Both the position numbers and the translations under genes were made by a program. Shown here in pieces: positions 36,225 to 49,517 of a stretch of 64,000 nt of DNA. How positions within the stretch are numbered: the first letter of the stretch is position 1; each line of letters starts with the position of its first letter. The DNA is from Antechinus flavipes. Taxonomy: Eukaryota. The notes under the pieces are model-generated. The model made no database searches and had not been told where the DNA came from. It saw only the letters and a program-made list of their open reading frames with translations. The stretch spans positions 26,474,001 through 26,538,000 of the forward strand of contig NC_067401.1 of assembly GCF_016432865.1 (NCBI RefSeq), read 5' to 3'.

Positions 36225-37850
36225 CCTCCATTCAATTATAATAATAATATCAATAGCTAGCATTTATAGGATGCTTTAAGTTTTTTCAGAGCACTTTCAA
36301 CTAATCATCAAACATGTATTAATTGCTTATGATATACCGTGTAAATGGCATCCGGTTTGGATCTTTGGTATCACCCTTCCCAATAATGATGGGTCTAGCC
36401 CATTTTGACCTTATTTTGGTTTGGCGATTCTGAGTTGGATCTTGAAGAAAGAGGTCACCTGGATCTAAGCCTTGGGTATGACTGTTTCCCTCCTTGTTCC
36501 TGTCTAAAAATTTCTGTCCTTCTCCAGGAGGAAATGTTTCTCCTGCTTTTATTGGAAGTTACACAAATGTAGATTTCATGCTTGTTTTAAAACAACAGGC
36601 AAGGGAGGGATGTAATTAGGGGGCTTTGGGAAAGATTCCCTTCTGCCTTTCCTGGGGAAAACCTGAATGATGAGTCATCAAAGAAAATGTGGGCAAGTGG
36701 GCCCGGCTGATTACCTTAGCTAGTGGTGGGAAGTAGCATTCATTGAATTCAAGACATGTCAAGTTATCTGCAAAGGAGATGAGGGCTGGAGATGTTCCTA
36801 AGACAGGAAAGAGGAACTTAGTGGGTGGGCCTAAAGGGAATTGAAGTTTTAAAACAGGAGCAGCAAGGGGAATCTATTTCTGGCTGGGTGTCCAAGTTGG
36901 TAGCGGTAGGTAGCGGTAGTAACTTAAGTTTTCAGAGCATGTATAAATAAGTTTTCAGGGCACTGGAAAGGGAGGAGGACCTGAAATAGCATATGTTCAT
37001 CCAAAAAAGCACCTACTATGTGGAAGGCACATATTATGTGCTAAAGGTAATAAAATGAGAAAATGAAAACCTGTTCCTAAATACAAAATTGTTCTAAGCA
37101 TTCTACTCATAGCATTTGGAACTAGAAGAACCCTGAGAGTTCAACGATTCTATTTTCTCCATTTAATACAACAAACATCTCTTATGTCTCTGTTCTCTAT
37201 TGTGCACTGTGCAAGGGACTTTTTAAAGAGTCCTGCCCTCAAGGAGTTTACATTCTAGTTGCGGTCATGGTAGTGACTGTAACTCATACAAAAATAAGTA
37301 AATATGAATTCTATTCAGGGTAAATTTTTAAATAGTATGAGAGAAGGTGGGGAAGTGTATCCGAATAAATAAGCCCTTACTATATACTAGGTACAGGGTT
37401 CCAAAAAGAAAAGTAAGATAATTCCTTTTCCTATGGAATTTATGTTTTAATGGAAAGGCCTCGTAATACTAAGAGTACAGGTTCAGGGCAAAACATGGAG
37501 CCTAAAGGGGTTATCAGGAGTTCAGAAAGCAATGCATGATAGGCCAGAGGGTGCAGTGACTGAGAAAATGGTGAGTGGTTCTCCATCTTACTATGAGGAA
37601 GTGGCTATGTATGGAGGGGTAGGGGGGTAGACTAGATTCATCATTATTGGGAAGGGAGAGTGAACCCAATCATTGGAATAGACCCTCCTGTAAGGGTGGA
37701 AACAAGAGGGAGAACAATATGAAGAGAAGATTGATAGAAAAATTGGGGGAAAAGGCTCCCTGAGAGTCTTCTGATACCCTAAGTGGAATCTGGAATGGAA
37801 TCCCCCAAAATGATCAGCTTCTCTAAGGGAAGGGAGTACTTTCTAACTGT

Positions 37851-38088
37851 AGTTGTTTAGTCATTTCAGTCACTTCCAATTCTTTATGATCCCCATTTAG
37901 GGTTTTCTTGGCAGAAAAAACTTAAAGGAGTGGTTTGTCATTTCTTTCTCCATCTTATTTTACAGATGAAGAAACTGAGGCAAATAGGATTAAATGATTT
38001 GTGTAGAGTCACATGGGTTTAATAGTAAGGAAAATTAGTCTTCCTGACTGCAGGCTGGTATCTACCCACTGCACCACCTAGCTGCCCC
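37851..38088 (-). mobile_element. MAR1-type SINE, near full length
   Basis: gttgtttagtcatttcagtc…gggttttcttggcag…gcaccacctagctgcccc. Confidence 0.85.
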
Positions 38089-39429
38089 AACATAGACTAA
38101 AAAGTGGCTAAATTTATCAGCCTGGGGCATCAACTTGGTTTCCATTTCTCCAGCCATACTTGGTACCCTCTTTTAGGCAAATAATAAAATACACACACTC
38201 TCTCTCTTATATGTATGTATGTGTGGGTGGTGGTAGATTAAATATCTGTATATTCCTATTATCAGTGTATCATGGTCTAATTTGGTTTAAGGGAGCATAT
38301 CCCTGAGTAGGGGCATGATGGGATAAAATTTGAGAAGCTAGAAATCAGCCGATCAATCACAAGACATTTATTAATCACTTTCTATGTTCTGGGTACTGTG
38401 CCAGGCTTTGGAAATACAAAGGGAGAAATGAAAGCGTACTAACCCTCAAGAGTTCACATTCTATTGGAGAAGAAAGCCTTCCCACAGAGAAGCAGATAGA
38501 AAATATATATAAAAAGTAAGTCCAAGGTAATTCTGGAGGGAAGGAGGGGCCTCTACTCTGTGCCTTGAAAGGATCGAGGGATTCCTAGAGGCTTCCTAGA
38601 TGTGAAGTATGAGAGAGCATTCCAGGCATGGAGGATAGTCTGTAAATCACCACTGAATGGGCTGAGACTTAACTCTTCAGGAAAAAAGAAACCCCAAGGA
38701 GAAGATTGTCACAGGAAAGAGAAATTATGTTCAGGACTAGGGAGACGGAGGTTTTTCTGTCTTCCACCCTGGCGAGACCGGCCCTGGAATATTGTGTTCA
38801 ATTCTAGGCACCGTATTTTAGGATGTTCAGGGGAGGGAAACTACAAAGCTGAAAGGGATCGAGACCAGATCATATGAAAATCAATTCAAGAAACACAGAA
38901 AGCCAGAGTCAGAGAAGTCACGGGAGAAGTCAGTAGCAAAGAAGGGTTTAGCTCCTAATGTCGGGATCATCTCCTTCGTGCTTCACATACTGTCTGACTA
39001 TACTCTCCAGCTAGGACCTTGCCATCCACCCTGCTTCGCCTCCTTCCTGGGATCATGTCTCAACTGATCTCACCTCTATAGAGAGGGCCAAGTTTTCCTT
39101 CTGATGGATGGAGGAGTAAATCAACCCAAGTCAGGGCTCCCAGACAAGTATATCTGGTTTGTTTCAGTCTCATCTGACACCTCTCCCATCTCCTTGCCAT
39201 CTTCGCTGCTGCACTCATGTACCCCATTATCACCCCTGCCTTGTTTGTATTATTTCCCTCCTACTGATGTACAGCTCTTTGAGGGCAGGGACCACCTTGC
39301 CTTTGAGTTTATGTAATCCTTAACATATGATAAGCACTTAATCAATGTTTTTTTTCATTATTCTTAATTAAATCCCTTATTTTAGAGAGGAGAAAGGCTA
39401 GAGAAGGAAAGTGACCCATCTTAGATGTG

Positions 39430-39650
39430 GGAGAAAGCCAGCTCTAACTAGCTAAAAAGAGCTGATTGTTAAATTTTTATTCTGGTCATTTACACCTTGG
39501 AAATAGGCAGACTCTGCAAATCATTGTTTTGTTGACTTTTTTGACTTAAGAGTGTGATGGAAGAAATGTTAATATTGCAAATTAAACTTAAAAGTGTGTC
39601 CAGAATATATTCCCTCCCCCCACTTTCAGCTAGCTGTTCTAACATCCTTG
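39430..39650. mobile_element. decayed marsupial interspersed repeat, probably a hAT-type MITE remnant
   Basis: agagctgattgttaaattt…catttacacc…ttgttttgttgac…gacttaaga…aaatgttaatattgcaaattaaacttaaaagtgtgtc resembles a marsupial repeat I recall. Termini are eroded. Confidence 0.35.
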
Positions 39651-40974
39651 CCTTGGAGCTTTCCCTTCCAAAGTTACCTCAACCCTGGACAAGCCACTTA
39701 ATTTCTATTTGCCTCAGTTTCCTCAGTTGAAAAATGGAAACAACAGCATTTATCTTAAAAGTTGTTGTGAGGACCAAATGAGATAACATTTGTAAAGCAC
39801 TTGGCACAGTGCCTGGCACATAGTAGGTGCTTAATAAATGCTTATTCCCTTCTCCTTCCTGCCCCTTTCATCTATTCTGTATGTGCTCATGTATCTAGAC
39901 CTGTTAACCCCAGACTGGGCATGGAAGGAACTGGCCATAGAGAAAGGAAGGAGGGAAGATAGAAGAAAACGAGCATCTATTAAATGTCTTTTGATTGAGA
40001 GAGGTTGGAAACAGGCTCTTTGTGAGGAGATGACTTTGATTAAAAGGGACAGAATGGATGGAGGGGTTGCAGGGATAGTGCATTTGTTCATGGGGAAGGC
40101 TTTCAGGTGGAGTCTTGCTAACAAGATTGTATTTTATCTGGGGCCAGAAGCCTTAAAAAGATAAGATCCGAAGTTTTAGAAATGCAAGGGACCTTAAAAA
40201 GCTCCACTCTGTCATTTTATAAACAAGGAAACTGAGGCACAAAGAGCTAAGTGATTTGTCCAGGTTGGTACATCCGCTAAGTGTCTGAGACAGGATCCTA
40301 ATGCAGGCTTTCCTGACTCCAGGGCCACTGCACCAAGCCATGTCTGACCCTCAGGCAGGGCTTAAGTACAATTAATGGGAAGGCAACATGATAAACAGGA
40401 CTGGATTTGGACTCAGAGGCCCTAGGTTTGCTTCTCAGCTCTGTCACTTACTGGCTGGGTGTTCTTGGGAGGTCTTTTCACTTCCCTGGGGTTTCCTCTA
40501 TGAGATGAGAATTAGACTTGACCACTGAGACCTTTCCAATTCTAAGTCATATGACCCTATGAAAATCAGTAGCTTTCCCTGAGAAACCCAAGTGGGAGCT
40601 GAATACTAACTAGGCTGGGCCACAGATGCCTGCATGTTGGGCTGTAAGCTAGCTCAGAGTGGAGGCCGGGCCAGATGCCGGCGGATAGGAGCAAGCCGAC
40701 CTGACAGCTGTTCTAAGGGCCGATGAGGGGGATTTGAGGCTCAGATCCCATGCTTTGCAAGCCATCAGGGTAAGGGTGGGCTCTGAGTTCCCTCCCATAA
40801 GGGTGGGAACAGAGGGAGATCAGCGTGAAGGAACTTCTATTCTCTTTGTAAGTTTGCTTTATTTTATTTCTTTGTTGGTTTGAATTCTCTCTCTTTTCCC
40901 TACATTTCTGGTGAAAGTCTTTTCAATAAATAAATGAATGAATGAGTGAATAAACAAACAAACAAACAGATAGA

Positions 40975-41260
40975 NNNNNNNNNNNNNNNNNNNNNNNNNN
41001 NNNNNNNNNNNNNNNNNNNNNNNNNNNNNNNNNNNNNNNNNNNNNNNNNNNNNNNNNNNNNNNNNNNNNNNNNNNNNNNNNNNNNNNNNNNNNNNNNNNN
41101 NNNNNNNNNNNNNNNNNNNNNNNNNNNNNNNNNNNNNNNNNNNNNNNNNNNNNNNNNNNNNNNNNNNNNNNNNNNNNNNNNNNNNNNNNNNNNNNNNNNN
41201 NNNNNNNNNNNNNNNNNNNNNNNNNNNNNNNNNNNNNNNNNNNNNNNNNNNNNNNNNNNN
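40975..41260. other. assembly gap (286 N)
   Basis: Run of N. Confidence 1.
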
Positions 41261-43113
41261 GGTTTACCAAGAAAGGTAGGAAGGGTCCATGCAGGCCGAG
41301 TGAAGTCTGGAGACCATCAAGAGAATCCAGAAAGAGGGAGGCCGCACGCTTTGGGGGCTGCTGGCTGCCAAGGGCGGATGGTGGGATCACAGAGGAGCAG
41401 AATTAAAATAGGAACAAATAGGGTAACGCAACGCCTCAGGCAGGATTGATCACATCTTCCCTGCTGGCAGCTTCAGTTTTTACACCCACCAGGCTTGGAA
41501 TCTGTGCCAGCCCAAATCCACCTTGTACTAGAGTAACTGTATTTAACATCCAGACCAATTGAGAAAGTGATACTCTATGGTTTTCTGTGTCTCCTTTACT
41601 TTAGTTCTTAGTAAATTAACCTTTTAAGCCTCCAAGTAGCTTGTGAATTTATCAAGCAAAGGAGCCAAGGTGTTTCTATGCCTCCAGTAGTCCAGAGAAG
41701 GAAGTGGGAACAGTGGGTTCCTATGGATAAGGCAGGGTGATGGCAGGGATCGATTCAGCTTTGGAATGGAGATGGAGGAAGAAAGGTAGAGAGGGAAGGG
41801 AATAAGCATTTATTAAACATCTACTGTGTGCCAGACACTTTACTAAATACAGATATCTCTTTGGAACTTTACAACTATTCTTTACTACTTTGCAGCCTAT
41901 TTACATTGGAGGAGACTGAGGCAAACAGGGTCAAGTGACTTGCCCAGGTCTTACAGCTAGCAAGTGTTGGAATGAATCTGAACTCAAAGGAGGGAGACAA
42001 AAAAAGGTAGAATCGGGATTAGTTGAGAATATTGTCCCCCTTCCCCTTGGTGTGATTCTGTTATAACCTCCTGATTCATTTTTCCCCATTCTCTGAACTT
42101 GGAAGAACCTCTGGTCCCAAGGACAGTATCTTCTGCCTCTTTCACTAATATGCTCAACCCTATTGATGGTCTAGGGTTAACGGGTTCTTGCCCAAATCTG
42201 CCTATTCTAGTTATAAACCAGGACCTCATCAGCCATTTTATTCTCTTCCCTTTTGAGACATCCTCTACATGTATTCTACTCATTTCCTTTTCTGCTCTTT
42301 CCTTTTATTTCTCTATTAGCAAATTGTATTCTCTCTCTCTATCCTCCACCCTTATTTAACAAGAAAAACAAAGCTCTTGTAACAAGTACGCAGAATTAAA
42401 CAAAACCAAATCCCATATCGGCTGGTCCAAAATTGTGTTTCATTCTGAGTCCTGAATCGATCTCCCGCTGTCAGGAGGTGAGCAACGTGTTTTCTCAGTG
42501 GTTCCCTAGGAACCATCATCTTAAGTTTGGAAGTCTTTCAAAATCACGCATCTCTGCGATGTTCTCATTAATATATACCATGCTCCTGGTTCTTCTCCAT
42601 TCGCTCTGTATCGGTTTATACAAATCTTCCCGGGTTTCTCTGATTCCAGCCCTCTCATCCTTTCTTACAGCTCAGTAGTGTTCTGTCACATTCACATCCC
42701 ATCATCTGATTGTTCCTCAGTGCACGGGCACCCCCTCGGTCTCCAGTTCTTTGCCCCAACAAACAGAACTGCCACAGCTGTTTGTATGTCTTCAGGTCTT
42801 TCTCTGGGGTCTTGGCCAAGCAGGGCCATTATTTTGGATCATAAAACCATCAATGTAGACCTGGAAGGTATCTGAGAAGTCTTTTAGTTCAACTTCTACA
42901 ATTTCTGAGGAAATTGAGGCTGTGGGAGATAATGTCTGCTCCCCGATCCCCTGACTCTAAAGCCACTCCTATTTTCCTTCATCAAATGCTCCCAATGAAC
43001 TCTGACAAAGATTCCAGCCTAGGGAAGGAGGCCAGGGTGGGCTTTTATTTTCACAGGTGGCCAGTGGTACTGGTCAGAACAAAGAGATTCAGAGTCAACT
43101 ACATGCAAATCGG

Positions 43114-43680
43114 GGCTCTGTCATTTATTACTAATTATCCCTCTGGGCCCCAGTTTCCCCATCTGTAAGATGGATTCCATAATCTTTGAGGGCTCTTCCA
43201 ACTCTGGATCTGGGATTTTATGATCTTAAGCCACTTACTGTCTCTAGGCTCAGTTTCTTCATCTGTAAAATTAGAGGGTTAGACCCAGTATCGTGGCTTT
43301 GCCATTTATTACTAACACCTTAAGTAAGGTAATTACCTCTCTGGGCCTCAGTTTCCCCATCTGTAAAATGGAATCCATATTTCCGAGGGGTCTTTCAACT
43401 CTAGATCCTATGATCCTAAGCCACTTAATATCTCTGGGCCTCAGTTTCCCCATTTGTAAAATTAGAGGGTTGGATTCAGTATGGCTCTGTCATTTTTTAC
43501 TAAAATGACCTTAGATAAGGTAATTACCACTCTGGGCCTCAGTTTCTCCATCTGTAAAATGGATTCCATAGTCTCTGAGGTCTCTTCCAACCTTGGATCT
43601 GGGATCTAATGAGCTTAAGCCACTTAATGTCTCTGGGTCTCAGTTTCCCTATCTGTAAAATTAGAGGGTTAGACTCAGTA
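43114..43680. repeat. tandem array of 3 units (~180-197 bp), each holding two MIR/MIR3 core fragments
   Basis: Units start at 43114, 43295 and 43483 (ggct.tg.cattt.ttactaa). Each contains ctcagtttccccatctgtaaaatgga and ctcagtttc…ctgtaaaattagagggtt. Confidence 0.9.
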
Positions 43681-45099
43681 GCCTTTTTGGTCCTTTCTAG
43701 TTCCCTAGTCTGTGAATGAATTTGGATAAATCATTGAATTTCTCTTAATAAAACAGGGGTTGCGCTTGCTGCCTTATAAGGTTCCCTGCTTGCTGTAGAT
43801 CTGAGATGGTGTACAAATTGCCCACAATAGGCCCCTTCCTCTTCTCCGTTTCTTTTCTCTCTCCTCCTCCTCCTTTTTCTCCTCCTCCTCCTCCTTTTCC
43901 TCCCCCTTATACCCTTTTCTTTTCAGTCCTCCCTCTCCCTTCCTCCATTACTGCATCCCCTGCGCAGGCTTTGGGTCCATGTCCTACTCCCCCACACACC
44001 CCAACTCTTGCTCAGGCCCCCCAGGGGATCTCAGAGCCTCGGTCGGGCCCTGGCTGGGTAATCTTTCCAAACAGCGAGATTCATCCCAAATTTGCCATGC
44101 ACGAGAGGCAGTATCATGTCTGTCTTAAAATGGAAGCCCCTTCTCCCTGTTCCTCACCAGGGAAGGCTCAAAGGTCAAATCTGTTAACCCGTCAATGTTT
44201 CAGAGCATCCTCCCGAGCCGAGAGCTGGGAAACACGGACGCCCCCCCTTCCTCTCCTCCCTTTCCCGTCCCCGTCTCTCACACACAGACACACACACTTA
44301 AGGAGACTGTTTCCGCCTGTGCCTGGGTAATTCACCCCCAGTAAGTGTGAAGTTATTATGATATTGTTTTCTTTCTCAGCTTTAAATCTTCTTTGATCTG
44401 AGAGATGGAAGGTAGAGCCACGGGGAGCGAGCTCGGAGCGGGAGGAATCTCACAGCCCATCTGTCGGCTTTTTGCTCACGGGATTCTAGTGGCTCCTCGA
44501 GTGGCCAGGTCTGTGGCGATCTGGGGGAGGTCGGGCCACGGGGACGTCCTCTGGGACCTGGCTCCCATCCCGGCTCCCATCCCAGCCAGTCCCGAGGCTG
44601 GGGGCTGCCTGTCAGGATCAGAGCCTGCCTGGATTTAGAGCCGGAGAGACCAGGCTCACTCCTTCTTTTTAACAATAAGGAAACTGAGACCCAGGCAGGC
44701 TGATTCAACTCCAAGTCTTCCTCTCTGAGGTTACCTTCTCTACTTTCTCTGGATATCTTTTACGAACCCTGTATGTTTTCTCCCTTATGAAATGCAAATG
44801 CCCTCCATGAGGGCAGAGAGGTTCTGCCCTTTCTCTAGCACTTGGCACAGTGCCTGGCACACAGGGTTTCATAAATGCTTGTGGATTGTCCATGGCAGAG
44901 GTGAGCACCTGAAGCCAGGAGGAACTGAGTTCAAATCCAGACTCAGACACTTATTAGCTGTGTGATCCTGGGCAAGTCACTTCCCCCTGATTTCCTCAAA
45001 AAAAAAGAGTTTTATCCATGGTCATATGGCTAATGGTTCTTGAACCCAGTTCTTCCTGATTCCAGAGGCAGCATTCTATTTCATATACACAGTTTTGTT

Positions 45100-45660
45100 T
45101 TTTTTTTTTAGGAGAAATGGACTCCCCTGAGGGGAATTAGGGGATGAATAGGAGCCAGGAGGACAAGGGTCCGTCCCAGATGGGGCGCCTGCTCTAGCAG
45201 GGGCGCCACGATCCCTGCTGACAAAGCAGAGAGTGATGGGAAGGCCCCTGCAGGACACAGACAGGTTAATGACAGCCCGGCTGGACAATTGGATTTAGTC
45301 TCCTTTTACCTCGTTGCTTTGGGGACACTTTCCCTCATCTTGGGGAGCCTGGCACAGCTTGTTGTGCCCACAGAGGAGGCCTGGCTCCGGAGCCTTTGAT
45401 TCAATTAGGGAAAAGACAAAGGGAGAAGCCAGGACCTCAGATGCTCCTGAGCAAGAGAGGGAGAGCAGGGAGGTGTAAGCGGGAAGGGAGAGGAACTGGG
45501 AGGCAGGAGGGCAAGGAGAGAGGGCCCCCGTGGGGGGGGGGGGGGGAGAGAGCTTTCTCGGGCTGGAGCAGTGGGCGTGGGTCTCGGCCTGGGATCTGCA
45601 AACCTCTTGCGAGGGTGGCGCGGAAGTCTCCAAACAAAACTCATTCTAATTCACTTCATT
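45100..45660. promoter_or_regulatory. GC-rich unique block with a composite TCF/homeodomain/SOX-like motif
   Basis: CCTTTGAT 45393-45400, CAATTA 45402-45407 and GACAAAGG 45416-45423 within about 30 bp. CpGs are retained. Confidence 0.3.
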
Positions 45661-47656
45661 AAAAAAATCAATATAGCTACGTTAAGGAGGAATTACAATC
45701 AAAGAGGATGAAAGGAAGAAGCAGTCATAGAGTGGAAGGGACCTCAGAGACTACTGAGTCCACCACTCCTCCATTTTACAGATGAGGAAACTGAGATCCA
45801 GATGAGCCAGATGAGTTTTCCAAGGTCACACAGCCAGTAAGGACAAGAGGCAGGATTTGAACCCAGGTCATATAGCATAATAGATTGAGAGCTGGACCAG
45901 AGATTAGAGACTATCTAGATGGACGTTACAAATAGTAAGTGACACAGGCAGAATTTGAACCCAGACCTTCTGGATTCTATTCATCAATTACCTCTCAGCC
46001 ATAAATGGAAGAACCATCTACATCTAGGCTGAGAATTCCCTCACCTCAAGCTCTGCTGGTTCTGCTGTGGCTGCCACCTCCCGGCCGGGCGCCCTCCTCT
46101 GTTGGATGGAAAGGGGAACAGAGGGACGGACTGTACCCCAGCCTGCTCCTATTCTATCACGGCGACTTGTCATCTCCGATTGGGGGGGTCACCCCCTCCT
46201 TCCTCCTCACCCCCAGTTAGAATGGAAATTCCTTGAAATCGTACTCTCTCACTCTTAGTTTTGTAAACCCAGGGCCTGCCCTGCAAAGCTCAGCACACAG
46301 TAGGTGCTGCATAAATGCCTGTAGATTGATGGAGCGATGGATTACTCCTAATCCAAGATCTGCAGATCAGAGACACCCAGAGGACAAGAGAAAGGTGGGA
46401 ACCTGTCCTCACTTTGCTGGGGCATCTTGGGGTAGTCGTCAGTTCCCTCTGTCCCCAGCTGAGGTTTCTGTCTTTGTCCCGTCCTCCTCCCCTCGGGCTC
46501 TCCCTCGGCCAAGGCTAATCTCTCCACCTTGATACCACCCTCTCCTGCCTCTCTCAGGACTCAGTCCGTCAATTATCCTCCCTCTCATCTCGGCCAACGT
46601 GACCTCCCCCCCGCAGCTGACAGCCTCGCTCACCCCGCCCGGGATGCTCTCTGCTCCCTCTGCCCGGCCTTTTCCAGGCTCACCTTCTGTCTGGTGCCTC
46701 CTTCTCTCTGGCTTGCGTTGGCCATTGTTTTTTTCAGGTCGGGGGGGAGGGGAGGCAGTATGATTATAGCTAAAAAGGACTTCAGAGGCCATATAGCCCT
46801 GTTCCCTCATTTTACAGATGAGGAAACTGAGGCCAATGAGGGTCAAGGTCAAACAGGCAGTAAATAATCATCGGGGGTGCTTGAAACTCAGGTCTTCTGA
46901 CTCTAGAGACTGTCTAGGTCTCCATAGATCTAGAAAGGGCCTCAGAGACCATCCAGTCTAAGCTCGTATTATTTTTACATTTGGGGAAACTGAGGCAGAG
47001 CTGAATGGCATGTGGCAGGAGTGGACTTCAAGCCTAATCTTCTTCCCTCTTCAGCCGAGCTCTCCAGGCAGGTACCATGAGCAATGTCATCATCTCATAG
47101 CAGAGGATTATCCCGTTCATGGGATTCATGGATTGCAGTTTGCAGTTATTCTCAAGGGACAATCAAGATGTCAAGGAACCTCTGCTTAATCCACTACTCC
47201 CTAATCATTAAATGTTGTCTCCGCATTTGAGCGTGAGCTCCTTGGGTTCTAGATTGGTATCTAGAGAACCCAGGTTCAAGTCCCACATCTGCTGCTTAGC
47301 ACTGATGGAACCCCTCTGGGCTCAGTTTCTTCATTTGTAAAATGAGAAGGTAGGACCAAAAGGCCTCTAAGGTCCCTCCCTCTATATCCCTATTTCCAGT
47401 CCTTAATCTCTTATTCCTGGAGAGACAATGCCATGAGTGGCAAGAACACTAGAACAAGAATCAGGGGTCCTGGGTTCAAATCCCCAACCTGCTGCTCACT
47501 CCTTGTGTTTTCAGGCAGATCACTTGTCCTTTCAGTTCCTCTTCTATAAAATCAACGAGCTAGACTAGGAGATTTCTACCAAGATTCCCAGCTCTAAACC
47601 TAGGTTGATAACCTTAGCCGGAAGAGAGCTCACTCTTTGACCTCTTATAGACTTAC

Positions 47657-47820
47657 TTATTGTTATTATTATTATTATTATTTGCTGAGGCAATTGGGGT
47701 TAAATGACTTGCTCAGGGTCACACAGCTAGGAAGTGTCAAGTGCCTGAAGCCAAATTTGAACTCTGGACCTCCCGATTCCAGGGTCATGCTCTATCTCAT
47801 GTACAACCTAGCCACTCCAC
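47657..47820 (-). mobile_element. WSINE1-type SINE with (TTA)n tail
   Basis: ttattattatt…gctgaggcaattggggttaaatgacttgctcagggtcacacagctagg. Confidence 0.85.
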
Positions 47821-48459
47821 CTTAATAGATGCGGAGTGAATGTGTTTGTTAAAACTCTAGGCTGTCTGGTGCTGCCAGTAAATTTTACAGGATTCATCAA
47901 ACTGGAAATTCCATTTCAAGAACAAAAGGCAAGAGATTGAGAGAGGTGCAGGGGGCCTGAACATGGGGGCATGGAAAAAGAAGCAAGGATGAGCACTGGG
48001 AAAGCGCAATCAAGCACAAATTAATAAATTCAAGTTGGAAGGAGCCTTAGAGCTCACTTGGTCATTTTACAGTTGGGGAAACTGAGGCCTGGAAAGACTA
48101 AGCTACTACGTAGCAGAAGGAAGATACTAATAATAGCCAGGGCAATTTACAAATATAATCTCATTTGATTCTCACAACAATCCTGGACATTAATATTATC
48201 TTTATAATGGGGCATATGAAAAATAAGAGTCACACAGCTAATAAGTATCTGAATCCGTTTTTGAGCTCAGGTCTTCCTGTCCTCACATCCGGTGCTCTGT
48301 CCGATGCTGTCCGGAGCACGCCTCGACCCCGGCCCTCCCAGCATCAGGCCCTCCCTCCCTTTGGCATTTTGCAGGGCTGCTTTCGGGGTGCCCTCGCTCT
48401 GGTTCATTTTCTGCATTTGTTTTTTTTTCCCTCTTTACTTAGCTTCTCCTGAGCTGATT

Positions 48460-49160
48460 CATATTTCAATAAATTCCAGCTGAAAAGTGATCAGATTTTG
48501 AGCGGGTGGCACATCAGCACATTGAAATGTGATATATTTTGACTAATGCCGTTTTGAAATTTGAAAACTGCCGACAATTTTATTCAATCTCCATCTTTAT
48601 ACGAACTCATTATTTGGGGAGGGGAGAAGGGGAGCAGAGGAACAGCTTGTTTGCGGGTTCCTGCGGCAGTCACGGGGAATTCTTGGCCCATCCGCATCCC
48701 CGAGCTTGGCGGCCAAGTGGTCCCGACATTATGCTTTAGGCCTCAGCTCCCCCGCCTGCTCCGCTCTCTTCCATCCGGAAACTGTCTTTCAGCAGCTTCA
48801 TACAAGTTTCCCCCTGTGGCTTCTAGTCCAATTTAATCTGACCTTCAGCCCCACCTCTGCCGAACAAACTTTAGCAAATCCCCCGGGCAGGCACTTAAGA
48901 CACGTTTTGTGATACGGAAGACGGTATTACACAGAATTTCCACTTCCTCCTGGGTTTGTCTCCTCCGTTTCCCTGACTGCCGCCTGAGCATTAAGCACTG
49001 AGAAGGAAAATATAAGAACAAGGCTAAGAGAGGAAAAAAATTAGAAGTAAGGGAGGAAAGGCATGCTGGGACTGCAATTATAACAATTCCCTCCACGAAT
49101 ATCCTCATGGTGCCATGTCGCTGACCATGTCTGTGAAAGACCATGCTAATGGAGGGCAAT
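48460..49160. promoter_or_regulatory. CNE/enhancer-like unique block
   Basis: About 700 bp with no recognisable repeat, many CpGs and several TAAT/ATTA cores. No supported ORF. Confidence 0.4.
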
Positions 49161-49378
49161 TTAGGATTTTGGAAAGGTTTAAATCAAGCACTCAATCACC
49201 AAGCATTTATTAAATACTAAGCCCTCTGCTAGATAATATCATATAAGGACAAAAATCCCTAAATAATACTGCCCTCAAGAAGGTTATATTCTATCAGGGG
49301 AGATAATATGTGTGTGTGTGTGTGTGTGTGTGTATTTTTGTGTAAACAGATATATATATATATAAAATCTTTATCCAT

Positions 49379-49517
49379 NNNNNNNNNNNNNNNNNNNNNN
49401 NNNNNNNNNNNNNNNNNNNNNNNNNNNNNNNNNNNNNNNNNNNNNNNNNNNNNNNNNNNNNNNNNNNNNNNNNNNNNNNNNNNNNNNNNNNNNNNNNNNN
49501 NNNNNNNNNNNNNNNNN
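49379..49517. other. assembly gap (139 N) beside (TG)n/(TA)n microsatellites
   Basis: Run of N. Confidence 1.

Noticed and set aside
45170-45210. CTCF-like strings (cccagatggggcgcc, ctagcaggggcgcc)
   Set aside because: Their spacing does not fit the CCASYAGRKGGCRS core, so they are too weak to call.
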